64,000 nt of DNA. Origin: the human T2T-CHM13v2.0 reference genome, Homo sapiens. The number at the start of each line of letters is the position of its first letter. The stretch's first letter is position 1. Below, piece by piece: positions 52,500 through 64,000 of the stretch. The position numbers and the translations under genes are program-made. The stretch is from assembly GCF_009914755.1 (NCBI RefSeq), contig NC_060935.1, one strand, 5' to 3'. The notes under the pieces are model-generated. The model searched no databases and was not told the DNA's origin. It saw nothing but the letters and a program-made list of their open reading frames with translations.

Positions 52500-54289
52500 G
52501 TACCAGCCTCTTGTCTCGTGGGGTACTGAGAGTCAAAGACTTGGCTGTCAGCCCTGAGTCTGCCTCAACCTCCAAGGGTCATAGCCACGGCTTCACCCTC
52601 TGTGCCTCAATTTCTGCATCTGTAAGTGGGCCTAACCAGTAAATCTTGACGATTATACCACAGCTGATGTGTATGGATCAGATGGAAACACCTTGAGAAA
52701 TAAAAATATACAATGCAAAAGTATAGAAACATAAAAATATAAGGCGTGGTACAAAGAAAATATGTTAGAAGAGAAAGATGACTTTGGCATTGGAACCAAA
52801 ACAGACTGGATTCAAATCGTACCTTTGTTTCTTGCAAGTTGTGTGACCACATGGAGCCCCTATTTTCTCATCTTTATAATGAAGTAAAAATAGTCACAAC
52901 TGGTATAACTGGTATCCAGCAGGTATATCCTGGAATGCATCCATGACAGTTAGGAAGTAGTCCCTGTCCTGTGTCCCCCTAGAACCTACAGAAATCTCTG
53001 CTCTGAAATCCTCCTTTAGGAACCCCCTCCTACCTGCAGGCAATCCGGCAAATAAGGGGTCAATATCTGTACCTTCCTAGCACTGCAGGACCCCAGCTTA
53101 GCTCTGTGGCTTGTCTTTCTGGTCACTGGCATTAGTTGTTAAATTTGACCATCTCCCTAAGCCCCAATCTTGCAGGCTTGTGAAGTTTAAATTGGATCAT
53201 GTGTGTGTTGCACTTAGCCCAGGGCCTGGCAAGAAATAGGCTCTTAATTACTAGAGCTTAATTCTTACAAGAGAAGCAGGGCAACTGGAGGAAAGGGCCT
53301 GCATCGAAGCTTTTGGCTGTTGCATGATCCACTTCCTCAAACCCTTGTCCTACTTTTCCAGTCCGTCAAGATTTCCCTGCTTAAATGAGCTCAATTGCCT
53401 TGCTCATAGTCTTATCGGAAATAACAGCATTTTACACTTTCCCACTCTTCCTGTTATTATTAATAGTGCATATCGGGCCCTTATCTGGCAGAGAGCTAAA
53501 GGGCAGTACATCCATTTGCTCATTCAATTGTCAAAGCAACCCTTTGAGGTAGTGCTATTGCTCATCCCCATTTCATAGGTGAGAAAACAGAAGCTTAGAG
53601 AAATTAAGGGAGTGGCCCAAGGTAGCACTGATCATTTTTCAGGTTATATCATCCCATCCTCTACCTTCAGGTTGGGCTACCTTTTAAGAGTCCAGTCCCC
53701 TGAAAAAAATCCCTAAATCATTGCAGCCCATCAGGATGCTTCCCAGAGGATCACCCTTCCCCTGCTGCAGGACTGTGCTGGCTGGCAGTGACAGTGCCAT
53801 CCACAGCCAGGAAAGATTGTTCTGGAGTCGTGGGTCATAACTTCCTTGTTTCCCATAAAAATAATCACACTTTGACACCACATTATAAATTGAGACTACA
53901 CTTAGCAAATTGTAAAATGAAGGTGGTAAGACTGCCTAACATCTATTTAACGTGTAACAGTTTGCAAAGTGCTGTTATCAAATCATTTGATTATAAGGAA
54001 GAGAAACCCACTCAACTCTTCTCAATTAAAAAAGTGGTTTGTTGAAAATAGGCAGAGAGATGTCAGAAAAGGGACTGCAAGAAATAAAGCCTTCTCGTCA
54101 AACCATCTCACTAGCTTTTCCACAATCCATACTCTCTTCCATGTTCTTAACTTAAATTGCAGAAGGAATTCCTCCCCTTTTTGCTTTTAACTTGCCTGAT
54201 AACGTCCCCCTCTACCATGTCTAGCACGACAAGGCTGTTTGATCTCTTACCTCTGCCTTGGTGGCCCACTGAACCTCCTGTCTCTGCAG

Positions 54290-54351
54290 GTAAAACCCCA
54301 GAGGAAGTGCTAAAAAAATATCTACAGAAAGTCCGGCACCCACCAGATGAG
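54290..54351 (+). CDS. DTX4: DTX4 coding exon 5 (KTPEEVLKKYLQKVRHPPDE)
   Basis: tctctgcag acceptor and GAG|GTGAGT donor; 62 nt. Confidence 0.93.
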
Positions 54352-54660
54352 GTGAGTTCAGGGTTAGAAGAGCGGGATTCACCTCTCCATCACCCACAAG
54401 CATTTCCTCTTCTGCTGTTGGTTTCTACAGGATATGGCGGGGGCTGCATTCCAAGTTCTCATGGATACAGAACTGGTCAGAACTGACACTGAGGGTTCAA
54501 GGTCCATGGTCCAGAGCTGCAGCTGCACCTCAATCTCTCCCGCCTCCCCCTTCAGCATAGTGCTGGTTGTTTTTAAGCTACCTTAACATGACAGTCTCAA
54601 TTTAGGAAAAACAGTGTGATAAGCCACAAGAACTCACCTTAAAATGGGTTTGATACAGAA

Positions 54661-54867
54661 CAGTGGTTCTCAACCAGAGACAATTTGGCCCCTGAGGGAA
54701 CATTTGGCCATGTCTGGAGACATTTTTGGTCGTCATTATTCTCAGGACCTTGTGAGTAGAGCAGAGGCCAGGGATGGTGCTAACCACCCTACAATGCCCA
54801 GGACAGTCCTCACAGCAAAGAATTGTCCTCCCCAAAATGTAAATAGTTCTGAGGTTTAGAAACCCTG
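54661..54867. mobile_element. MER20 (hAT-Charlie)
   Basis: cagtggttctcaac...agaaaccctg termini; atttggccatgtctggagacattttt. Confidence 0.85.
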
Positions 54868-55273
54868 TTGGACATTTATTTAAATAGCCGTCCCTCTGGT
54901 ACAGTTAAAATACAATTCCTTTACATTCCTTAAAAATTCACCTTAAGTAAAGCTCCTCAGTGGGCTTGTTGACAGTATTTGTTTCCTCCATAAGCCGTTG
55001 AAGGACAAAACAGAAGGACAGTGCATTGTTATAGCCCTCACGATTATGATAATTTAGATGATGAGCCCAAGTTAATCAGTACCAGGAATTATTTCAGGAC
55101 GTTGTTGTGTAAAGACAAAACGATATTTAGATTCCAGAAAGCACTTACACCCTGATTTGTGGGTGTTTTAGAAGAGAAGTGGTAAGAGCTCATCTGACCT
55201 CTGAGATCATGTGGAAATCTCCCAGGCTGAGTGAGAGCTGACAGCCTCTCTGCTGTGTCTCCTCCCTCCCCAG

Positions 55274-55426
55274 GACTGCACCATCTGTATGGAACGCCTC
55301 ACGGCCCCCTCAGGCTACAAGGGCCCGCAGCCTACGGTAAAACCTGACCTGGTAGGGAAGCTGTCCAGATGCGGCCACGTCTACCACATCTACTGCTTGG
55401 TTGCCATGTACAACAATGGGAACAAG
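55274..55426 (+). CDS. DTX4: DTX4 coding exon 6 (RING-H2: CTIC...CGHVYHIYC)
   Basis: cccccag-type acceptor ending 55273 and AAG|GTCAGT donor; 153 nt. Confidence 0.96.
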
Positions 55427-58383
55427 GTCAGTGCCAGCCTATGGGGCTCCTGCCACCCTTCACACTGGGCTCTGGAGTAGCAAGATGGTGAAGGCCCTTT
55501 AGGGCCCTTGCTCAAGTGATCTGGGAAGTCTTAGAGGTTATCCCTAGGCAAGAGTGATGATCTTGGCTGTTCTCAGCAGGATCAGTTCTTTACTAAATTA
55601 CAGTGCTGGTAAGACCTGTCTTCACCTTCCCTTTTGGGCTGTGCTATCTAATTCTCCATCTTCGGTGTCAGGTCTAAGAGTGGGGTAGGTTTTGCCCCTG
55701 AGGGTTCTGAGGGGAGTGGCCCATTGTCATGGCCCATTGCTAGGTGAAGTGTGCTCCCATCAGTGAGAGAGAAGGAAGTTCTTATCACAGCGCTAGACCC
55801 ATGGTGAGTATTCGTTCATACCATTGTAAATGGGTTTCCCAATCACCCTTTCTTCCCCAGGGTTAGTGATTTTCAGCTACAATTTTCTTTGGACAATTTC
55901 AAAACACCCTTGATTGGCCCTTCAAAGGTACTAAAGACTGTTGCCAAAGTACACCTGGTAATCCCTGCCCTAGAATCCCACTGTTGGAAGAGGGGAAGGC
56001 TGTTTGGGATGCTTGTCTTGTCTATTATCTGACAATGCAATGGTATCCCCTCATTAGAGCTGGTTCTTTGGAATCTGGAAGACTCCATAGGTGATCATTC
56101 TCTCCTTACAGTGTCTGAGCATTTCCTAAGTCATTGACTCATGTTCTTTCGTGTACCTGAGATAACTTTTACTCCCTATTTCCATGAGTACTTATTTCTC
56201 CAGGCCAAGCTTAGATTACATCAGAGTCTGAGATCTCCCTGATAGCTCCCAACCTCTCACTAAGCAAGAAGTATGTCTGGATTATACGTCTGTCTGGTCT
56301 GGTCTATACGTCTCTTACTGTGGGAAAGAAGTAGAGGTAAGAGAGGTGGGAGACCTGAGCTTGAATCCTGGCTTATTAGCTGAATGACCTTGGACAAGGT
56401 TTTCCAATCTCTGAGAGAGACTTTCCATCTGGAAAATGGAGATTAAAACTATACCTACTTTATGGGGTCTTATGCTATTATTATTCAAATTGATATCGCC
56501 TTTGTATTAAAGGCTGTAATTTTTTCCTTCATCTTCATGTAGCCTATTTGATTGAAGTTCCCAAAGTGCTTTCTTGGTGTCCCTGAGAGACATGCTTATA
56601 GTGGTGGTCAGTCATTGATGGGGGATGCAAATCTGGATCACTTGCTCACTTTCCCAACCCTGGGCTAAAAGGATTCATTGGGATCTTGCATTTCAAGAAG
56701 TTATTTTGGGCTTAAAGGGGTTTCTTAGCACATTTGTTCCCTATTTGATGTCTATATTCAAGAAGAATATGGTAACTCTACATTTATTTCCATGGGGCTT
56801 TCAAAAATGTTTCTCAAGAGTCTATGCTTTATTCTCTTTTGCACTAATACTTTGAAGCATGTGTTTTTATTTTATCAAACACATGAGAGAAAAGGGCCCA
56901 AGAAGAAAGGAGTGATTCACCCTAGGTCATGAAGCAAGTCAAGGCCAAAGCAGAAAGTGGGAACCTGGTTTCAGAGAATAGTCACCCTGAATACGAGCTA
57001 TTGCTTTAAGCGAGTAGACTGGAGAAGTCCCTAAATAGCTCAGCAGAGGATCCCTGTCTTCCCGAGGAGTTGGGGATGTCCTGGCAAGCTTTCATCCCAG
57101 CTGCGCAGCAGCACATTTTACACACGTTGCTCCCAGCCCATGCGCCTTCCTTCTCTTTGCCCCTCCTTTTTGCGAGCCTGGGAATAGGATTCGGTGTCCA
57201 GGCCCTCCTCCAGGCAGCACCTCACCAGGTCCTGCAGTGAAACCGTCACCCTGTACACCCCTGCATCCAGAACTGCCTCTTCCCACTAATGGAGCCACCG
57301 AGTTGCAATGCAAAGCTGGGGGTTTAAACAGACCCCACACCCTGACAAGCAGGAAGTCCTTTAATCTTGCTGTGCCTCGATTTTCCTCTCTACAAAAAGG
57401 GGCTAATAATTTCTTCCAGGCCATTGTCAGAAGCTAAAGCCTAAATGAAACAAGAAATATTAAACTCTTTATAGTATGATTTAAAGCACTATAATTACTG
57501 GCATCATTCTCTCTTCTAGGTATTTGTGCAGACCTTACACTCTATCCTTCTAAGCAAATTCATAGCTATTCTTCAAGGACCATTTTCTTAAAGTTATCCT
57601 CATTTACTCCAGCTCTTAGTGGCCAATTTCTCTTTTCATAGCAGTAGTTTCCAAACCTGTATGAGCATCAGTCTTTCCATGGAAATTATAAAAATGCTAA
57701 TAACATTTAGATACACCACATGCTAAGATCTTCCTATAGATTATCTCATTTAATTCTCCCAACAACCCGATGAGACAGATATTTTTTATCCTTCTCCTAT
57801 AAGGGAAACTGAGACTCAGAGAAGTTAATTAATTTGTCCAAGGTCACACAGCAGTCAGATGGCAGAGCTAAGAATTACGTCTAGGCAGTCTGATTTTCAC
57901 ATTCACAGCCTGAAACATTATGCTTTGCAGCTTCCCAGTTCTTACTCAGTGGACCCGATGTGGTGCCCAGGCATCTGTGTGATTAACAAGCTCTGTGGGT
58001 GATTCTGATGCTCAGGAACTGGGCAGTTGCTGCTCTCCAGGTCTTTCTGTCTGTTCCACCCATTTGGTACTGAGTGGCTGAATAATGACTCCCTGTGTAG
58101 GCTCCTGCCCTAGAGAGCTGGTCCCCTCCTCAGGGACAGGGGCTTCTCTTACATATCCCTCAGCATGGAGCATGGGACCAGTTGTGGAATTTACCTCCTA
58201 TTACTTTGGAGAAAGCAGAAATAGCCTAGGTGACTGGGCTGGGAGGGAAAAACTAAGATCTATCACTCACCAGGGTGCATTTTGTTCCCCTGGCCCTTCA
58301 TCTCTGGTACCTTTTGGGACTGGGTGGGAAAGTTATTACCAAAACTGTTTCCCAATCTGGCTCTTCTGGCCTTGGCCCCTCAG

Positions 58384-58545
58384 GATGGAAGTTTGCAGTG
58401 TCCAACCTGCAAGACCATTTATGGGGTGAAGACAGGCACCCAACCTCCAGGGAAGATGGAGTACCACCTCATCCCCCACTCCTTGCCTGGCCACCCAGAC
58501 TGCAAAACCATCCGGATCATCTACAGCATCCCCCCCGGCATTCAG
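58384..58545 (+). CDS. DTX4: DTX4 coding exon 7 (RING end CPTC; start of Deltex C-terminal domain)
   Basis: cctcag acceptor; [25 protein letters not shown]...PPGIQ; donor CAG|GTGAGC; 162 nt. Confidence 0.96.
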
Positions 58546-58699
58546 GTGAGCCTTTCTCTCAGGTGAGCCTTTCTGTCACCCCTTGGTTTTTATTGTTCTA
58601 TGTGTTTGTAGGTAAAAAGTTACATATGAAGAGTCTCCTTCCCACACTTTTCCGCCATCTACCCAGCCTTGCCCGCTGACACTACATCCCCCGACTCAA

Positions 58700-59110
58700 C
58701 ACTATTGTTCTGACTTTCCTATGTATCCTTCCAGGATTCTTTGTGCACACACAACAGAAAATCGCATCCACCCTTCCCTTTTTTTTTTCACAAACAGTGA
58801 CATTTAGGCACATTGTTTGGCACCCTGCGCTTTTCAGTTAACAATGTAGTCTGTAGATCTTTCCACATCAGTATAGAGAGAGCTTCCTCGTTCTTGTGTC
58901 TGTGTAATCATCCATTGTATAAATGTACCACTATTTGCATTCAGCAGTCTCCATTTGATGGGCATATGGATTGTTGCCAATCTTTGGCTACAACAAATAA
59001 TGCTGGAATGAATAACCTTGTACACATGTGAATATATCTGTAGAATAATTTTCCAGAAGTGGAATTTCTTTGTCAAACGGTATTTGCACTTGTAATTTGA
59101 TAGCTATACT
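58700..59110 (-). mobile_element. Old L1M(E) 3' fragment
   Basis: tccattgtataaatgtaccac, ttgatgggcatatggattgttgccaa and aataatgctggaatgaataacc blocks. Confidence 0.7.
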
Positions 59111-59738
59111 TGGCTTTGATTTTGGTGGGCATTTCTTTCCTCTTTTGATTCTCTGAAAGACAGTCCTGAAGAACAAATCTGAACACTATTCCTGCCAGTA
59201 AATACAAATGTGGCACCTTCCTTCACACAATGAAGCTTTTTCTGAGTGTTCTGGGCCGTTGACTGTATGCATTTCTTTAGCAAATATTAATTCTTCTATC
59301 CTCTTTTCCTCCCTCCTAGTTTTCTTCTTCCATTTTGTCTTTTATTTAACAAACATGGAGTGTGGATTATGGTCCAGACATGTTCTAGACATTGGAGAAG
59401 CAATGAGCAAAGTAGACGCAATCCTTGCTCCTTGAAGCCCCTATTCTAGTGGGGCCAGGAAGGCCATAAAGGAAACAAATGAATAAACAAGGTACCTCCA
59501 GATAGTGATCATCGATGTGGAGGAAATAAAACAGGAAGTTGTGATAGCCTGTAAAAGAAGTGAATAATTCATAGTTCTTCCTGGAGGGGCTTACCAGCCA
59601 GTCAGGGGAAGATAAATGTACATCACTAATAAAACCTCTGAGATGCAACGTAGACAAAGTGAGAACACAGGCCTTCAAAGTCCAATGGACCTGGGTTCCC
59701 CTTCCTAGCTGAGTCTTTATTAGCTGGTGCCTTCAGCC

Positions 59739-60199
59739 CAGGGGTTCCCAACCCTCAGGCCACAGAAGGGGCCGCACAGTAGGAGGTGAGTGATGGGTGA
59801 GCCAGTAATACCACCTGTGCTCTGCCTCCTGCCAGATAAGTGGCAGCCTTAGATTCTCATAGGAACACAAACTCTATTGTGAACTGTGCATGTGACGGAT
59901 CTAGGTCGTGCACTCCTTATGAGAATCTAATGCCTGATGATCTGTCACTGTCTCCCATCATGCCCAGATGAGGCCATCTAGTTGCAGGGAAACAAGTTCA
60001 GGTATCTCACTGATTCTTCATTATGGTGAGTTGTGTAATTATTTTGTTATATATTGCAATGTAATAACAATAGAAAGAAAGTGTGCAATAAATGTAATGC
60101 TCTTGCATCATCCCAAAACCATCCCCCACCACCCCGGTCCATTGAAAAGTTGTCTTGCACAAAACCAGTCCCTGGGGCCAAAATGGTTGGGGACAGCTG
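59739..60199. mobile_element. MER1A (hAT-Charlie)
   Basis: caggggttcccaacc...ggttggggacagctg TIRs; ttagattctcatagga and tatgagaatctaatgcctgatgatctg. Confidence 0.88.
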
Positions 60200-62859
60200 T
60201 TTTAGACAACAGGCCCTTGACCTTTTGGAGCCTGATTTCTTCACCTGCCCAGCCAGGAGCCCAATTGGCAGAGGTTTGGTGAGAATGGGAAATAACGTTT
60301 GCCTATGCATATTGAAGAATGAGCACAGTACCAAGGTGCTCAATACCTGGTCGTCAACATCATTTTAGGTCCTGCTTGTCATGGTAAAGAGGAGGGCTTA
60401 TATCTGTCTGTCTGTCTGGAAGGGTTAGAGGAGACTTTCTAGTGCAGGGAATTGTCTAGTTGAGTCTAGAAAGACATAAAAAAATGGAGGAGAACATTTT
60501 TAGTGGGAGGAGGTAAGAGGGTTGTAGAGGAAAAATTTGAGTATCAAAGGGCAAGAAGGAAGGGTTTAATTTGGGGCTCAAGACTCGCAAGGAAGTAGAG
60601 GGAGGAAGCATGAAGGAGATGGAGGGAGAAGACTAGGCCGTGAGGGAGGTTGCAGCCAGATCATAGAAGGCATTGAGTACCAGGGCGGGGGTCGTGGATT
60701 TTAATCATCAGTTATTGGATGTGCAGTTAGGAATATGGACCATTGTGTGAATGGAATTATGCTCTAGGAAGGCTAGTCAGGCAAAAGAGTCGGGGATGGC
60801 CAGAGGAAAGAAGACCAATTAAAAGGCCACTGCCACAGTCCAGGCCTTAGGAATGGGGCTCGAACAAGGGAAGGCCGGGATAAGGAAGAGAGAGATATGG
60901 TTGGATATGGGGTCAGGTGAGACTTCTGGAGTGTCTCAGAGGCAATGAGTCAAGGTGATACAGACATGAATGAAAAAACAGGACTTGGGAGAAACAGACG
61001 ATGTTCTGGTGAGCAGTAGAACAGACTGAAGCTTGCAAAGACAAACGTGGGGCTACCATTTCCTCCAGGATTAAAGAGCAGAGAGCCCACACTAGGGGAT
61101 ACAGGTGGTGCATGCTGCCTTGACGGGTACCACGGTGGCTCCTCCTGAAAAACCCAAGCTCGTATCAAGGGAAATGCAGCTCTCCACTGTTAGGATCTAC
61201 ATTCATCCCTGAGTGTAAGTAGCAGGACACTCAGTGCCATGTCATTCAAGTTTCCAGGGACCACACAGGCATGCGCTTCTGTGAGGAGTCGAGACCTTCA
61301 AGCTCTGCATTCACTGCAGAGAACTATTCCCTTGGGGAGAAACTCTGGGTTGGGCTGAGGCAGAGTCGTGACTGCTCCACTTAGCAACGAGCTGGGAGGG
61401 CACAGCCGTGTTGGGTCAGTGCCAGGCAGGCGTCTGAGTTGGCCACACAAGCGGCAGTCGAAGGCAGATCAGGAGCAGTCAGAGCCGTGGTTAGAACTGG
61501 CCTTTCAGTCAGGCAACTTGATTTAGAAACAGCTGGGGCCATGGGAAGGTTGTAAATTTGTAGTGATTTCCTGTAAATGTCAAATTCATAAATGTTGGAT
61601 TCTGCATCTCCGAGAAGGCGTTGTTGCTTCTTTCAGCTCACGGTGACTGCTCCCTTCTCTGAGACCCCATTGCATTTACCATGTCAAACCATAGGTGATC
61701 TTGAATCATGTTAACTATTTAAGAAAATGGAAAGCCACAGAATTTCTTATCATTTTGGAACCATGGTCCATAATAAGAGAAAAAGAAAAATCTGGGTTTT
61801 TTTCTTGCAGTTTTTTCATTCATTTGTTCTTCCACACTCGTTCATTTATTCAGGCAGGATGTATTTGCTGATCATCTACGTGAGAACTTGTGCCAAGAGC
61901 TGCATGGAAGTATCAGTTTTATACTGGTTGAATCTAGAAGGGGTTTTTAAAGAGGGTTCCATCCCTCAGGGGGTCAGGGATCCTCAGAAATTATAGACAA
62001 ACCTTTGTATGGGGAGGAGGGGATTTGGTCATTGTTACCGGGAGAAAATTTGCCGCTTTTCATGAGCTTCTCAAAGAGGCCTGTGGACTCATTCTGGGCA
62101 CTGATTAGGAAACCTGTTCTCACTCAATTGTGCTTCAGTTTTTTTCTCACCAAGTGGCCTGAGACTGCCTACTTAATAGGGTATTGGGTGGCAATAGTTG
62201 AAATGCTGTTAGAAGATTTTTAGTCCTGACTATCCCAATTCCTATTGTTAAAGAAGAAAACAAACAAAAACCCATGAGGACAAAGGAGAAAATCCACAAG
62301 AATCATTCAGAAAATTCTGTTGGCATGGCTCATAGCTTGGAGGCACTTTCTTTATTCTGAGTAGTTAAAAATCCAGAGTGTGCCTCAGGAAACCTGGGCT
62401 TCAATTTTAGCAGAGCCACTAATATTACAGAAGCCACATATCTTCTCTGCACTGCAGATTTCTTCTTTTGTAAGACAATAGATGATGAAGATGATGGACA
62501 ATGATGTTAAACATTTACTGAGCTCTTACTACTCATCAGGCACCACTCACTTAACATTTATAACAGCCCCATAAGGGAAGGACTCTGCGTCATTCCTGTT
62601 AGAGAGATGGGGAACAAAAGCCCCAAGAGAGGGTTCCAGCTAATGCAGTGGGAGGTAGCAGCTCTGCATCCAAACCCAGGTCTAAGGACACAGAAACACG
62701 TGCTAAATGACCACTCACAGTGCTTTTTGGGTCTGTTCTCTGTTGAAGCTTTATGGGAATTATTATTGTCATTATTATTGAAATTAGTCACAGCCTAACC
62801 CCGCTCTTATCAGAAATATTTTGAAAAATGCCATTTGCTTGCTTGCTTTCTGCTTTCAG

Positions 62860-62949
62860 GGACCGGAACACCCGAATCCTGGGAAGAGTTTCAGCGCCCG
62901 AGGCTTCCCACGACACTGTTACCTTCCGGACAGCGAGAAAGGGAGAAAA
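62860..62949 (+). CDS. DTX4: DTX4 coding exon 8 ([30 protein letters not shown]); gene continues past the window
   Basis: tgctttcag acceptor and AAA|GTAAGA donor; 90 nt. Exons 1-8 total 1626 nt (542 codons) in one open frame. Confidence 0.96.
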
Positions 62950-63169
62950 GTAAGACCGGAAGTTTCCACATAGAACTAGGTTTTAGAATAGATCGGGCAG
63001 TTTACTTCTATGTCAAGGCCTAAAGTTTTGCTTCTTACAATGCACAGACCAAAGAGAACTGTGTCTCTTTTAAGTCTAGATGCACACAGTAACAAGGTCA
63101 AATTTGAGTCAACCATAGGTGGGGTGGCTACGATTAGAATTAGGTGGGTGGGAGTGGACATTTAGTTTG

Positions 63170-63530
63170 TGTATTAGCCTGTTCTCACGCTGCTAATAAA
63201 GACATAAATGAAACTGGGTAATTTATGAAGGAAAGAGGTTTAATTGACTCTCAGTTCCACGTGGCTGGGAAGTCCCCAAAATCATGGCAGAAGATGAAAG
63301 GCAACTCTTATATGGTGGCAGTCAAGAAAGAATGAGAGCCAAGTGAAAGGGGAAACCCCTTATAAAACCATCAGATCTTGTGACACTTATTCACTACCAT
63401 GAGAACAGTATAGGGGAAACTGCCCCCATGATTCAGTTATCTCCCACTGGGTCCCTCCCACAGCATGTGGGAATTATGGGAACTACAATTCAAGATGAGG
63501 TTTGGGTGGGGACACAGCCAAACCATGTCA
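63170..63530 (-). mobile_element. THE1 MaLR solo LTR with 5-bp TSD
   Basis: tgtattag...aaccatgtca; TSD gtttg at 63165-63169 and 63531-63535. Confidence 0.92.
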
Positions 63531-64000
63531 GTTTGTTTCCTCTCTCGGGTATTAGTGGCAATAATTCATCTATTTTAAGATCCTGTGTCTAGAGCCCTGC
63601 TGCTTAAACGCTGGTCCTGGGACCAGCGCCAGTGGCACCACATAGGAGCTTGATAGAAATGCAGAACCAGAAGCCACTTCATCTTAACGAGATGCGTAGC
63701 TGATCTGACAACACATTGAAGCTGGAGAAACACTGGTCTGGGATAGGGATCTTAATATGTAGATTATTTTCTTTGTATGTACTTTCATATTATTTGACTT
63801 TTTCCCAAAAGGGCAGAGAAAACAATCATTGGGTTTCTGGATTCCTAGTGATTCATGATTAGGCTTCAGTGGTTCTATGAACTCTAAAATTAGAATAAAA
63901 AATTTATGTTTGTATTTCTATGGATGAGGCCAGAAAATCATTGGATTTTCAAAATCTTTCCCGATCTCAAAAGGAGTAGGAACCATTGATCTAAAGGGAG

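Overview
Human (primate) genomic DNA matching the 11q12.1 FAM111A-DTX4 locus, recognised from the encoded proteins. It contains the complete FAM111A gene on + (two CpG-island promoters, non-coding 5' exons, CDS 12047-12127 joined to 14924-16678, 611 aa trypsin-like protease). It also contains coding exons 1-8 of DTX4 on + (35771-62949; the last exon lies beyond the window). Between them is ~16 kb of transposon debris: a degraded ERV-L provirus, an old L1 with nested inserts, Alus and an Hsmar2 mariner. The main unexpected observation is a decayed, intronless PRKAR2B (PKA RII-beta) retrocopy on the minus strand. Its coding remnant spans ~5270-5900 and its probable 3'UTR remnant extends to ~2120. 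Its GC-rich 5' end forms part of the upstream FAM111A CpG-island promoter, so the divergent transcript (FAM111A-DT) would read it in sense. Other points of interest: the probable FAM111A poly(A) signal lies inside an LTR, DTX4 exon 7 has a duplicated splice donor, a sense LTR with a perfect kB site sits upstream of DTX4 exon 2, and the DTX4 leader has uORFs and a G4 motif. Repeat subfamily names and comparisons with reference sequences are from memory, not from a search.
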